From Malacoraja senta (taxonomy: Eukaryota): a DNA stretch of 64,000 nucleotides. The notes beneath the pieces are model-generated. The model was not told the origin of the DNA, did not search any database, and saw nothing but the letters and a program-made list of their open reading frames with translations. Each line of letters starts with the position of its first letter. Within the stretch, counting starts at the first letter, position 1. Location: positions 7,938,001-8,002,000 of the forward strand of contig CM075993.1 in the NCBI GenBank assembly GCA_038087875.1, given 5' to 3'. Below are positions 26,787-39,084 of the stretch, piece by piece. A program made the translations under genes and the position numbers.

Positions 26787-26814
26787 CTGAAGAAGGGTCT
26801 CGACCCGAAACGTC
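26787..26814 (+). ncRNA. Minimal type I hammerhead ribozyme motif in a Penelope-like pseudo-LTR (26535-26860)
   Basis: CUGAAGA-A-GGGU(CUCG)ACCC-GAAAC-GUC; palindromic ACGU helix III. Confidence 0.75.
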
Positions 26815-28472
26815 ACCTATTCCTTTTCCCCAGAGATGGTGCCTGACCCGCTGAGTTACAGGTGAACTGTTCAAAGTGGGAGAGGAGTGCAAGCTGTCAA
26901 TGGAATTCTGCCAAACTAACAAACGGGTCCCTCTTTCAGAAATTCAAATGAATTGAATGCAAACGCAATAGTTATCCTGTTCAGAGATTACACAAAATGC
27001 AACAGTTACAGGCAGCAGGCAATCAATATATATATAATATAATATAATATAGGGGAAGAATTAGGCCATTCAGCCCATCCGCTCTTCTCTGCTGATTTAT
27101 TTTCCCTGTCTACCCCATTCTTTAATTTTACTTTTAATTTAGAGACACAGCTTGGAAACAGGCCCTTCAGCCCACCGAGTCCGCGCTGACCAGCGATCCC
27201 CGCACGTTAACACTATTCCACACACACACACTAGGGACAATTTACAATTTTATCAAACCAATTAACCTACAAACCTGAAGTGTGGGTAGAAACCTGTGCA
27301 GGTCACAGGGAGAACGTGCAAACTCCGTACAGACAGCACCCTTGGTCAGGATGGAACCCGGGTCTCTGGCGCTGTGAGGCAGCAACTCTACCGCTGCACC
27401 ACCGTGCCGTCTGCACCTCTCCCCAAACATATCTATATGTTTGCCACATTTATCCAATATGGGATCCACACAAAGCTCAAATCACAGCAGTCCTTGACTG
27501 CCATAAAGCATTAGTGCCAACCCAAGTCCTAATGAGATTACAGCATGAAATGGTCTCAATCTGTTGGCCTCACTCAGAAAAAAATGTTTCTGACGAGCGT
27601 CAGGTCCGCAGCTGAAAGGCGATATTCTGAGTACAGAGTGTCCCCTGGCCATGCATGTCGCCTCTATGTACAACTTCCATCTTTTACTGATGCCTTGCCT
27701 TTTACTTCACTGAACACCACCATTTAAGTCAATATCAGTGCGACAATCCCCCAAGGTGGATGGAACTGAATGAAGTTCAGCCACAAACAGTTAGTAGTTG
27801 CACTGTCCTCAGAATCACAACAGTAACATACACACACACAGACAAACACACACAGAGGCCGTGGTGCCCGCCCGGAAGCACCCGAAGGGCCACCAGACCA
27901 GTTACAGGAGGGACGCTGGACACAAGGAGTGGACTGGGCGGAAGGTGAACCGGGGTCATGTCTCCAGTGCCTTCAAGGTCGGCTGCAGGAGGCGCCCCCG
28001 GGATACAAAGATGGCCGGGCAGGGAGAGGGACGTTGATCACGGGCCAATCCAGTGGAGGGCGATGGAGGAGGCCCCGCGGGAGCCTGGGGCTTAGCGGGA
28101 TCGGGAGCCGCTCCTGTAGACCAAGCGCGTGGGCGGACCGGACTTTGGACTGTGGAAAGGGCGCCAAGACATGGCGGCGCCTGCATGTGTCAATATGCAA
28201 AAATAATGTCACTGTGCAGTTGCACATGTGTCAAATAAAGCTCCATTAAACCATTAAAACTCCACTTGTGTGGTGATGGTGTGTGTGGTGTGTGGTGATG
28301 CAAGGCATTCACATGACAGGAAGACTCCAAATGTTAGCGGCTGGAATTAAACCATCGCAATGATTCTCCTAGCAGACTGTAAATCACTTGCTCCGATTCC
28401 ATCCACTCAATGTTATGAAGGCATTGGAAATAGCAAAGTCTCAACCCTCCGACAGTGATGTGCTGTACGTCA

Positions 28473-28646
<174 letters not shown>

Positions 28647-28980
28647 TTAGCTCCACGCACAAGTCAGTATGTAAATTGTATTAATACAGAATAATTAAAG
28701 GGAATAGAGTAGGAAAAAAGAATTGCAGGTGCCGAGTTACAAATGAAGATGCAGAGTGCTGGAGTAACTCAGCGGGACAGGCAGCATCTCAGGCGAACAT
28801 GGATAGGCGACGTTTCAGGTTCATAAGTGATAGGAACAGAATTAGGCCATTTGGCCCATCAAGTCTAATCAGCCATTGAATCATGGCTGATCTATCTTTC
28901 CCTCTTAACGCCATTCTCATGCCATCTCCCCATAGCCCCTGACACCCGTACGAATCAAACTGAACCCGAGGACACAATGC

Positions 28981-29118
28981 TTCTTCTTCTTGCGTATGGC
29001 GTGCACAGCCTAAAGTTGTAAGACAACTTGTTCTGTTTGATCTTCTGTTTGTGCACGCCAGGTTGATTGCATTCGTTGAAACAGGGTGGACCACGTGAAG
29101 GTTGCAATCTCCCACCCC
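28981..29118 (-). mobile_element. HDV-ribozyme-headed short retroposon, copy B
   Basis: TSD GACACAATGCT/GACCCAATGCT (28971-28981 / 29119-29129); (AAG)n tail. Confidence 0.87.
29065..29118 (-). ncRNA. HDV-like (CPEB3-type) self-cleaving ribozyme, intact, sense to MAN2C1
   Basis: GGGGUGG-GA-GAUUGCA-ACC-UUCACGU-GGU-CCACCCU-GU-UUCAA-CGAA-UGCAAUC: P1 with G1-U wobble, P2, P3, L3, P1.1 and catalytic C in CGAA. Confidence 0.85.
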
Positions 29119-31300
29119 GACCCAATGCTGAGTTGGTACGATTACCCTAATAGGTTTGAGAGAACGAGAATCCAAAGGTCCCGTTTGCTTTCTGAGGAAG
29201 TCTAGTGGTAAGAGTCACGTGGACGTCAGTGAAAACGGTGAACCGCGACCAGTTTGTGATATATCACTTGAATATATTTCAAGATGTAGGAAGGAACTGT
29301 AGACGCTGGTTTGAAGAAGGGTCTCGACCCAAAACGTCACCCATTCCTTCTCTCCAGAGATGCTGCCTGTCCCGCTGAGTTACTCCAGCTTTTTGTGTCT
29401 ATCTTCGAACATATTTCAATACAGCAACAAGCTCAGCTACAAGGTATAGAATCAATGAGGAGGAATGTTCATGTGGGCAGAGGCAAGAGAAGGCTCCAGC
29501 ATGGACAATACTCCAGCATGGGGACCACCATAAACAATGAAGCGTTGCAGAACTCCATGCCCTAATCCTCACTGCCAGCTGTATTGGCAGCTTGGTTTAC
29601 AGTCATAGTCACACAACTAAGAAATGGACTCTTCGGCCCATCATATCTATGCTGACCTTTTTGTCCATCGACACGAATCCCATTTGGCCCAGGAAAGCTG
29701 CAGCAAGTTCATAAATTCTAGGGTCAGAATTAGGCCATTCGGCCCATCAAGTCTCTACTATGCCATTCAATCATGGTTGATCTATCTTTCCCTCTCAACC
29801 CCAAGTATATCCAACAAATCTAATTTCTCCAGAGCCGAACAACTGGATCACCTGCTGACTGCCAAAAACTCTGCCCGTCTTAGACTAAAGCAGTAAATGA
29901 CTTCTCCACATACGACATCTAACAAGGGGCCGTTGTCGGCAGCAGAATGAACCAAGTGCATGAGACAGTTTTCAATTTAACAAATACATGGACAGTACTG
30001 GAGGGACCAGGAATGAAAAGGATGATCATGAGCGAGAAGAAAATAGCAGTCAATTTAAAAAGGGAACCCAAAAGCCTAATTCAGGTGTGGATATGTTATG
30101 TGGGGAGCAAGACGGCAGGTGGGGCTAACTGTGGATAAAGGTGGTCTTCAATCACAAAGGCAAAGTATCAGCGGACATTGGGACCTGATGCACGGAGGTA
30201 GCAGGCACATAAACAGTCTGGTGAAGGGTCCCGACCCAAAACATCACCAATCCATGTTCCCCCAGAGATGCTGCCTGGCCCGCTGAGTTACTCCAGCACT
30301 TAGTGTCTATCCAGAGCACATAGACAGTTAATTAGTAAGGCAAATGGGATCTCAATGCTCATAAATAGAAGCACAGACTCCAAATATAGAGACGTTATTT
30401 GGAACTTGTAAAGGACACTATTAAGGACACAAGTGCAATGTGACATCCAACGCTGGAATCTCACTTTAGGAATGAATGCAGAAAAGATTTATTATGGGTT
30501 GAAGATCAAAAGTGGTTAGATTGACGAGGTTGATTTCCATCGTAACCAGATAAGAGTGAATAGGATAGTGCTGCCATTGGTTGGTGCAAAGGACAAAGGA
30601 GGATGAGAGGAATTTTTTGTTTTTGTTTTATGCTAAAAGATAAGAGTATCAATGAACGCTATCAAAAGGCAGCAAAAGACCAAGTAGGTCGGGACCCTTC
30701 TTCAGATACACTTCTTTCAGTCCCGATCTGAAACATCAACCCTCCATTCTCTCCACAGATGCTGCCTGACCCGCTGAGTTCCTCCAGCACTTTGTGTTTT
30801 CCCTCAGATTCCAGTATCTACAGTTTCTTGTGTCTCTGTCAAAAGGGACCTGGATAGAGATCTGAGATGGAGCATCATTTGCAGGACTGTCGCGAAGAGC
30901 AGGGGGTCCGGAACTGAAGATTTAATGGGCTGAATAGCCTCCTGTGCTATGACTACACTGAAACTTTACAGATAAATTGCATTTAGTGGAAGTTGTGAGG
31001 AATTCTAATTTTGATAGAGCAAACGTGATTTATTATTCAAAGACAAGTAACAGGTGGTAGCAATTGGCGGCTCGAGAGGCTAACAGGGGCTAAGAATTAG
31101 GCCACGCACTGCAAGGGAGCAGTGGACCAGACAGAAAGAGCGGACGGAATTACCACTAGACAGCCAAACCAGTAGGTAATTTACGGCTGGGGTAAGTACT
31201 TTCCCATTTATAGGAGGTAGGATTATATAAATAAGGGGTGTTTTAATACAGTAATCCGGGTAGGGGATTCTTAATAGGACCAGTTAATTACTTATATAAG

Positions 31301-32254
31301 ATGGGCGGCCAGGAGATGTGCCAATACTGTGAGATGTGGGAAATTGTCGACACCATTGATGTAGATGATCCCTACAGCTGCAGTAAGTGTTTGAGGCTAG
31401 CGGAACTCGAGCTCCGCATTGATGAGCTGGAGACCCAACTTCATACGCTGCGGTGCATCAGGGAGGGGGAGTATTACCTGGATGTTTTGTGCCAGGGGAT
31501 GGTCACACCGACCAGTTTAACTAATTCAGTAGTTAGTGAGCAGGGAAAGGAAGGTGTGGCCATAAGCGAGGCAGGTAGGGGGAACCAGGAGGAGATGCGG
31601 CAGGAGCCACAGCCCTTGTCCCTGACGAGCATGACCGAGGCTCTTACTCAATGTGAGGACGGGATCAGGGGCTGTGGGAGGGATGAGCAACCTGGCTGCA
31701 GCACCGTGGATCAGGGGGCCATTCAAGAGGGGGGAGTTAGAAGAAATGCCGTTGTGATAGGGGATAGTATTATTCGGGGGGTAGATAAGGTTCTCTGCAG
31801 CCAGCAGAACATGTCCCGAAGGCTGTGTTGCCTACCCGGTGCTAGGGTTAAGGATATCTCTGCGATGCTGGAGAGAAATTTGCAGAGTGAGGGGGAGGAT
31901 CCAGTGGTCGTGGTCCATGTGGGGACCAATGACATAGGAAGGACGAGGAAGGAGGATCTGCTGAACGAGTTTGAGCAGTTAGGGAATAAATTAAAAAGCA
32001 GAACCTCGAGGGTACTGATCTCCGGATTGCTACCTGAGCCACGGGCCAAATCGGCGAGGGTACGAAAAATTAAAAAGCTGAATGCGTGGCTCAAAGACTG
32101 GTGTGGGAAAAATGGGTTTGGTTTCTTGGGCCACTGGCACCAGTACTGGGACAGGGGGGATCTGTTCTGTAAGGACGGACTTCACCTGAACGGTGCTGGG
32201 ACTGGGGTCCTGGCAAATCATATAACTAGGGCAGTAGAGAGGTCTTTAAACTAA
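31301..32254 (+). CDS. CR1 ORF1p: N-terminal CxxC..CxxC zinc finger, leucine-zipper-like segment and SGNH/GDSL esterase domain
   Basis: CQYC...CSKC; LAELELRIDELETQLHTL; esterase blocks VIGDSII, PGA, HVGTND and DGLHLN, an architecture known for CR1 ORF1. Confidence 0.92.
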   Translation: MGGQEMCQYCEMWEIVDTIDVDDPYSCSKCLRLAELELRIDELETQLHTLRCIREGEYYLDVLCQGMVTPTSLTNSVVSEQGKEGVAISEAGRGNQEEMRQEPQPLSLTSMTEALTQCEDGIRGCGRDEQPGCSTVDQGAIQEGGVRRNAVVIGDSIIRGVDKVLCSQQNMSRRLCCLPGARVKDISAMLERNLQSEGEDPVVVVHVGTNDIGRTRKEDLLNEFEQLGNKLKSRTSRVLISGLLPEPRAKSARVRKIKKLNAWLKDWCGKNGFGFLGHWHQYWDRGDLFCKDGLHLNGAGTGVLANHITRAVERSLN

Positions 32255-32343
32255 GTAGCGGGGGGGAGGTATCAAGGGGGGTAATAACGGCAGGGGTAGA
32301 GGAAATAGAGCAGGGTATCAGTGGGGAAACGGAAAATCAAAAT

Positions 32344-35238
32344 GTGACAGGAGGATCCAGAATGTGTGAAGATAAAGCTCTAGATGTAAAAGGGGCAAAA
32401 ACAGAAAGGAAGGGTAGTAAAAATCATCTGAAAGTGCTGTATCTAAATGCACGGAGTATTCGAAATAAGATAAATGAATTAACGGTGCAATTAAGTACAT
32501 ATAGTTATGATATCGTGGCCATTACGGAGACATGGCTGCAAGGGGATCAGGATTGGGAGTTAAATATAGAGGGGTACTCGACAATTAGAAAAGATAGACA
32601 GGAAAGAAAGGGAGGAGGGGTGGCCCTTTTAATAAGGGAGGGAATAACGGCAATAGAGAGGAAGGATATTGCGTTGAAGGATCAGGATAGTGAAACAGCT
32701 TGGGTACAGATAGAGAATAACAAGGGGAAAAAAACACTAGTGGGTGTAATTTATAGACCTCCAAATAGCTGTGACGCTGTTAGTCAGAACATAAATTTGC
32801 AAATAGTTGACGCATGTAAAAAGGGAACTGCTGTAATCATGGGGGACTTCAATTTTCATATTAATTGGGCAAACCAAACTGGGCAGGGTAGACTAGAGGA
32901 AGAGTTTATAGAATGTATTAGAGACGGGTTCCTAGAACAGTATGTCACAGAACCGACAAGGGGGGAGGCAATCTTGGATCTGGTCCTGTGTAATGAAGCA
33001 GGATTAATTAAAAATGTCATAGTTAGGGACTCGTTGGGAACAAGTGACCACAATATGGTCGAATTCCATATTCAAATAGAAGGGGAGCAGGTTGAAACTC
33101 AGGCTAGGGTACTTAGTCTAAATAAGGGGGATTATGAAGGTATGAGGACTGAGCTGATCAAAGTTGACTGGGATAGCAGACTCAAGAATAAGACGGTACA
33201 TGAGCAGTGGTGTACGTTTAAGGATCTACTGTATAACCTTCAAGAAAAATGTATTCCTATGAAGAAAAAAAGGGGTAAGGGAAAGAACAGTCAGCCATGG
33301 CTCAGTAAAACTATAAAGGATAGTATTCGGCTGAAGGCAAGGGCATATAAGGTAGCTAGAGATAGTGGGAGGGTAGAGGATTGGGAAGCATTTAAAGGTC
33401 AGCAAAAAATAACTAAGAGATTAATTAAGACGGGGAAAATAGACTATGAAAGGAATTTAGCGAACAACATAAAAACTAATAGTAAGAGTTTTTATAGCTA
33501 TATAAAAAGAAAAAGGGTGGCTAAGGTGAACGTTGGTCCATTGGAGGGTGAGACTGGAGAGTTGTTGGTGGGGAACATGGAAATGGCAAAGGCATTAAAC
33601 GAGTATTTTGTATCAGTCTTCACCATAGAAGACACAAAAAATATTCCAACGCTGGATAAACAGGGGGCGGTAGGAATGGAGGAGCTAAATACTATTAAGA
33701 TCACCAAGGAGGTGGTATTAGGGAAATTAATGAGACTGAAGGAGGATAAATCCCCTGGGCCTGATGGATTACATCCAAGGGTCTTGAGGGAGATAGCGGT
33801 GGGGATTGTGGATGCATTGGTGATAATTTTCCAAAACTCCCTGGAGGCAGGAACGGTCCCAGTGGATTGGAAAATGGCCAATGTAACACCTATATTTAAA
33901 AAAGGAAGTAAACAGAAGGCGGGTAACTATAGACCGGTTAGTCTAACATCGGTGGTGGGTAAAATGTTAGAGACAATTATTAAAGAAACACTAACGGGGC
34001 ACTTGGATAAACATGACTTCATCGGACAGAACCAGCATGGTTTTGTGAAGGGGAAGTCCTGTTTAACGAATCTGCTCGAATTCTTTGAGGAAGTAACAAC
34101 CCGGGTGGATAAAGGGGAACCGGTGGATGTGGTATACTTGGACTTCCAAAAGGCTTTTGACAAGGTGCCACATAAGAGACTATTGCTAAAAATAAAAAAT
34201 TATGGGATTGGGGGTAATATATTAGCATGGGTAGAGGATTGGCTAACAAATAGGAAGCAGAGAGTGGGGATAAATGGTTCATACTCGGGATGGCAACCGG
34301 TAACTAGCGGGGTTCCGCAAGGGTCGGTGCTGGGACCCCAGTTGTTCACAATTTATATAAATGATTTGGAGGAGGGAACCAAGTGTAATATATCAAAATT
34401 TGCGGACGATACAAAAATGGGAGGAAAAGTAGGGGATGAGGAGGATAGGAAGAGTCTGCAAAAGGATATAGATAAGCTAGGTGAGTGGGCAACAACTTGG
34501 CAGATGAAATTTAATACTAATAAATGTGAAGTCATTCACTTTGGGAAAAAAAATGATAGGGCAAGTTATTTTCTAAATGAGGTGGAGCTGCGTTGTAATG
34601 CAACGCAAAGGGATCTAGGGGTAGTAGTACATGAATCACTAAAAGTTAGTATGCAGGTGCAGCAAGCAATCAGGAAGGCCAATGGAGTTTTGGCCTTTAT
34701 TGCTAGGGGGATTGAGTATAAAAACACGGAGGTCTTGCTGCAGCTGTACACAGTATTAGTGAGACCACATTTGGAATACTGTGTACAGTTCTGGGGTCCA
34801 TACTTAAGAAAGGATGTACTGGCCCTGGAGGCAGTGCAGCGAAGGTTTACAAGATTAATTCCTGCAATGAGGGGATTGACATATGAGGAAAGGTTAAGTA
34901 GGCTGGAACTCTACTCTTTGGAGTTTAGAAGAATGAGAGGCGATCTCATTGAAACATATAAGATCGTGAGGGGCCTTGATCGGGTGGATGCACCGAGGAT
35001 GTTCCCAATGATCGGGGAAACTAGAACTAGGGGACATAGTTGTAGAATAAGAGGGGGCTCTTTTAAAACTGAGATGAGGAAGAACTTCTTCACCCAGAGG
35101 GTGGTTAATTTATGGAATTCACTGCCCCAGGGAGCAGTGGAAGCAGAAACATTAAATATATTTAAGTCTAAAATAGATGTTTTTTTAGCTGCCAAGGGGA
35201 TAAGGGGCTACGGGGAGAGGGCAGGGATATGGACCTAG
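32344..35238 (+). CDS. CR1 ORF2p: APE endonuclease plus reverse transcriptase (first ATG about 32362)
   Basis: YLNARS, ITETW, GDFN and SDH (APE); SPGPDG, YRPVSL, DFQKAFDKV, GVPQGSVLGP and FADD (RT); uninterrupted 964 aa. Confidence 0.97.
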   Translation: MTGGSRMCEDKALDVKGAKTERKGSKNHLKVLYLNARSIRNKINELTVQLSTYSYDIVAITETWLQGDQDWELNIEGYSTIRKDRQERKGGGVALLIREGITAIERKDIALKDQDSETAWVQIENNKGKKTLVGVIYRPPNSCDAVSQNINLQIVDACKKGTAVIMGDFNFHINWANQTGQGRLEEEFIECIRDGFLEQYVTEPTRGEAILDLVLCNEAGLIKNVIVRDSLGTSDHNMVEFHIQIEGEQVETQARVLSLNKGDYEGMRTELIKVDWDSRLKNKTVHEQWCTFKDLLYNLQEKCIPMKKKRGKGKNSQPWLSKTIKDSIRLKARAYKVARDSGRVEDWEAFKGQQKITKRLIKTGKIDYERNLANNIKTNSKSFYSYIKRKRVAKVNVGPLEGETGELLVGNMEMAKALNEYFVSVFTIEDTKNIPTLDKQGAVGMEELNTIKITKEVVLGKLMRLKEDKSPGPDGLHPRVLREIAVGIVDALVIIFQNSLEAGTVPVDWKMANVTPIFKKGSKQKAGNYRPVSLTSVVGKMLETIIKETLTGHLDKHDFIGQNQHGFVKGKSCLTNLLEFFEEVTTRVDKGEPVDVVYLDFQKAFDKVPHKRLLLKIKNYGIGGNILAWVEDWLTNRKQRVGINGSYSGWQPVTSGVPQGSVLGPQLFTIYINDLEEGTKCNISKFADDTKMGGKVGDEEDRKSLQKDIDKLGEWATTWQMKFNTNKCEVIHFGKKNDRASYFLNEVELRCNATQRDLGVVVHESLKVSMQVQQAIRKANGVLAFIARGIEYKNTEVLLQLYTVLVRPHLEYCVQFWGPYLRKDVLALEAVQRRFTRLIPAMRGLTYEERLSRLELYSLEFRRMRGDLIETYKIVRGLDRVDAPRMFPMIGETRTRGHSCRIRGGSFKTEMRKNFFTQRVVNLWNSLPQGAVEAETLNIFKSKIDVFLAAKGIRGYGERAGIWT

Positions 35239-35626
35239 GTATGGTTAGTATAGTAAGACCTGAGTGATCTCCTGGACAAGTGTCGATCGCCTGGATTGGG
35301 GTCGGAGAGGAATTTCCCGGATTTTTTTCCCGAATTGGACCTGGGTTTTTATCCGTTTTTTTGCCTCCCCCAGGAGATCACGCGGTTCTTGGGGTGGAGA
35401 GGGGTGATAGCGATATAAAGGGGAGGGTAGTGTCTTGTGTTCTGTGTCTTGTGTCTACTGTTTGTGGGTAAGGGTGTCTGTTTAGTGTTCAGCCATGAGC
35501 GAATGGCGGTGCGGGCTCGATGGGCCTGGTGGTCTACTCTCGCACCTACTTTCTATGTTTCTATGTTTCTATGCAGAAATTACAGAGAGATGAAGATCTG
35601 GTTCCTACGCCTCAGAACTCACTCAC

Positions 35627-35719
35627 CTCAGCACAATGTCTTCCAAACTCCTGCTGGAAGAACGTTTGACCCTGGAGGAACTGCCGGACCATGGATTCAC
35701 CGGAGGGGAGGTTTCCGTC
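35627..35719 (-). CDS. MAN2C1: MAN2C1 exon: [31 protein letters not shown]
   Basis: cag|...|gtgagt, 93 nt. Confidence 0.96.
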
Positions 35720-36728
35720 CTGTAGAACTGGCACATTAGTAACTTCTAATGGACAACTGTATGATCCCATAACAATCCCAATAGTCCCAACAGCAGCAGA
35801 AACAATGTGGATTTCCAAACACATATTAAATAAATGTAACTCCCCTGCTATTTCTTCCAGCTTATACAAGATTGCCGCCATCAGCATTCCTTCTCCCTCC
35901 TCACCCGTTTCAGCATTTCACACAGACCACTCCAGTCATGAATCCCACCTTCGGCCCACCGAGTCCTCACTGACCAGCGATCCCCGCACACTAACACTAT
36001 CCGACACACACACACTAGGAACGATTTACAATTATACCAAAGTCAATTAACCGATTGTGGGAGGAAACCCGAGCACCCAGAGAAAACCCATGTGGTCACG
36101 GGAAAAATGTACAAAATCCGTACAGACAGCACCAGTAGCCAGGATCGAAGCCGGGTCTCTGGCGCTGTAAGGCAGCAACTCTACCGCTGAGCCACTGTGC
36201 CGTCCAAGGATGGCATCTAGACCAGACAGCACTCCCTCGGTACCACACTTGAAATATGAGCCGAGGTTTCACCTCAAATCCCAAATAAGAAGCAATCACG
36301 TAACCTTTAGACTCATCACCGGCAAGGATAAGCTGCCGTTTAATGTAATATAGAGTAATACAGAGTGGAAACAGGCCCTTAAGCCCACGCCAACCAATAT
36401 GCCCCATCTACACTAGTCCCACCTCCCTGCATTTTGCCCATATCCCTCCAAACCTTCTACCCATATACCTGTCTAAATGTTTCTTAAACGTTGTGATATC
36501 ACCTTCCTCAATTACCTCATCCAGCAGAACATTCCATATACCTACCACCCTTGTGTAAGAAAGTTGCCCCAGGTTCCTATTATATCTTTTCCCCCTCACC
36601 ATAAACCCATGTCCTCTGGTTCTCGATTCCCCTACTCTTAGCAAAAGACTCTGTGCCTTTAGCCTATCTATTCCAATAAGGCCAAGTAGGGCATGCAGTA
36701 TTTTCTAATTATAGCTCTGATACTTTAC

Positions 36729-36839
36729 CATTTCCACCCAGGTGCCTCCCACAACGATGAATTGTCCTTTCTCAGCAAACTCCTGGATTTCTGCGTACAA
36801 TCCCGGGTACCAGCTCTTTACCCACTCCAACTGCTGCGC
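36729..36839 (-). CDS. MAN2C1: MAN2C1 exon: [37 protein letters not shown]
   Basis: cag|...|gtaaag, 111 nt; GGTWVEM motif. Confidence 0.96.
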
Positions 36840-37026
36840 CTGTTAAAAGGGTGAAAGAAAGTGTGAAAGAAAGTGTGAATGATTGTGACTAATTTAGCAC
36901 TGATCATTCCTTAAGTGCCAGAGAGCTTCACAAGATTATGCATTTATTTAAATTTTGTCCGATTATGCTCTTATGAAGTGGCTAGGGTTTATTTGCTACA
37001 TCACCAAATCAAAGGTTTGTAGGTTA

Positions 37027-37559
37027 AGGGCCTGTCCCACTGCGGCGACCTAATCCGCGAATTCTGGCGAGTTTGCCCTCGACTCATACTCGCAGCATGG
37101 TCGACACGAAGTCCTAGGTGGTCTTCGTAACTCTCCTTCATGCTCGAGAGTGGTCCCCGCGTACTCGAGGCCTCAGCTAGGTCGCAGCGTATTTTTCAAC
37201 ATGTTGAAAAATGCCTGCGAGTAAAAAAAGGTCGCCATGGAAAAAATCGATACTTTTTATATTCGTAGGTTTAGTCAAAGTAGGTAGGGCGGCATGTTAG
37301 TCGTAGGTAATCGAGGGTAGTCGAAGGTAGTCAAAGGTGGTCGAAGGTAGTCGTAGATAGTCGTAGATAGTCTTCAACATAGTCGAAGGGAGGTCGAAGG
37401 AGATCGAAGGAGGTCGTCTTCACTCTCCACTATTCGGAGTCCAATTTTCCCGAAGCTAGTCGAAGCTAGTCTTCAACATAGTCGAAGGAGGTCTTCAACA
37501 TGACTTTTTTCAAACTCTCCTAAACTCGCCAATTAAGTCGCCAAAGTGGGACAGCCCCT
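37027..37559. mobile_element. PIF/Harbinger-type MITE inserted into a V-SINE remnant; internal roughly 10-bp tandem repeats (GTCGAAGGTA-like)
   Basis: TIR AGGG(C/G)CTGTCCCAC, TSD TTA; the host sequence GTAGGTTA|ATTGGC is restored on removal. Confidence 0.85.
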
Positions 37560-39084
37560 TTAATTGGCCTACATAAGTTGCCCTTAATGTAATTGTCATA
37601 CAGCACGGAAACAGTCTCATCGGCCCAACCAAGGTGCCCCCTTTACACTAGTCCCACCTGCCTACGTTTGGCCCATATTCCTCTAAACCTTTCCTATCCA
37701 TGTACCTGTCCAAATGCCTTCAAAAATTGGGGTTATTGATTTTAGAGAAATATGCTTAAAGATTTCCACACCGATGCAAGAATGACAGATTGGCAGACCA
37801 AGAGGGCAGGCACTTTTAAATGTTTTTGCTCCCCAGAAAGTCGTAAGCTCCAGGGCAGACTAACCATATGTTAGACACCAACTTTCTAAAGGAGACAAAT
37901 GAACTGCCGATGCTGGAAGCTTAGGCAAAGACAAAGTGCTGGAGTAACTCAGCGGGTCTGGCAACATCTGAGGAGGGAATGGACAGATGACTTTTTGGGT
38001 TGGGACCAATCTTCGATGAAGAAGTGTCTCGACCTGAAACGTCACCTATCAAGAATCTTCGAAGAGTCCTGATCTTCGAAGAGTGATCTTTCTAAAGTTT
38101 TGTGGCGCAAGGCTAACCCATGTTGATGAGCTAGAGGTGATAGTGAGGTCGTTATGAGAAGCTTCCTTTGGGGAAGAACATTTTAAATTCATTTTTCTTT
38201 CTTCCCCAGACAATTTTTCATGTCAATGTTCCATCAACAGTGGGTGTGGATGTGCTCATTGGTCTTTCCCCATTTTTGGTTCATTTATAATTGCAACAAA
38301 AGTCCCAAAACATCACAATCAGTTCCTTACAAATGCTACAGAGAGTCATGCAGCACCAAAGCAAACCCTTCAGCCCACCTTGTCCATGCCAAGCAAGTTT
38401 ACATATTGGGCTAGTCCCATTGCCCATTTTGTCCATAGCCCTCTAAACCTTTCCTATCCACTTATCTGTTCAAATGTCTCCGAAAAGGTCATAATTGTAA
38501 CACATGGATGGCTGCTGTGGAAATGAGGGTTTGTTGTCACTTGCATGGGGTGCACTGCTATAGTTGAATTTGATATGCCGTGCTGGAGCAGAGTACAAGG
38601 AGGTTAGGCTCGGCTAGGCTTCCACCCAGTCTATGCTGTATGTGACCTAATAATATTGCTCTTTGACAGAAAAAGACACAAAGTGCTGGAGTAACTCAGC
38701 GAGTCAGTCAGTAATCCGCCCCCCCCCCCCCCTCCTCCAACGTGTCCCCATTTTACTGCTCCACTGCAAAATCTCCTCAAGGCACGCCTACTTTGAGGAA
38801 GTGCTCCTCTTTCCGGCAGGAGTTCTGTGAGACCCTCTCACACTGCCTCAGACATGACGAAGGGTCTTGACCCAAAACGTCACCTATCAAGAGTTCTTCA
38901 GACTCTTCTTCAAAGTCCCGATCTAAAACGTTACCTATCCCCATGTGCTCCAGAGATCCTCCCTGTCCCACTGAGTTACTCCGGCATTTTGTGTCTATAT
39001 TCGGTGCAAACCAGCATCTGCAGATCCTTCCTACACATTTAGTCTACAAACCCATGCGGACTTGGCTCTTGGGAAAACGCCAAG

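Larger units (their letters stand above)
31040..35573 (+). mobile_element. Full-length young CR1-clade LINE, antisense within a MAN2C1 intron (5' boundary approximate)
   Basis: Two intact ORFs, a structured 3'UTR and a (TTTCTATG)n tail. Confidence 0.95.
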
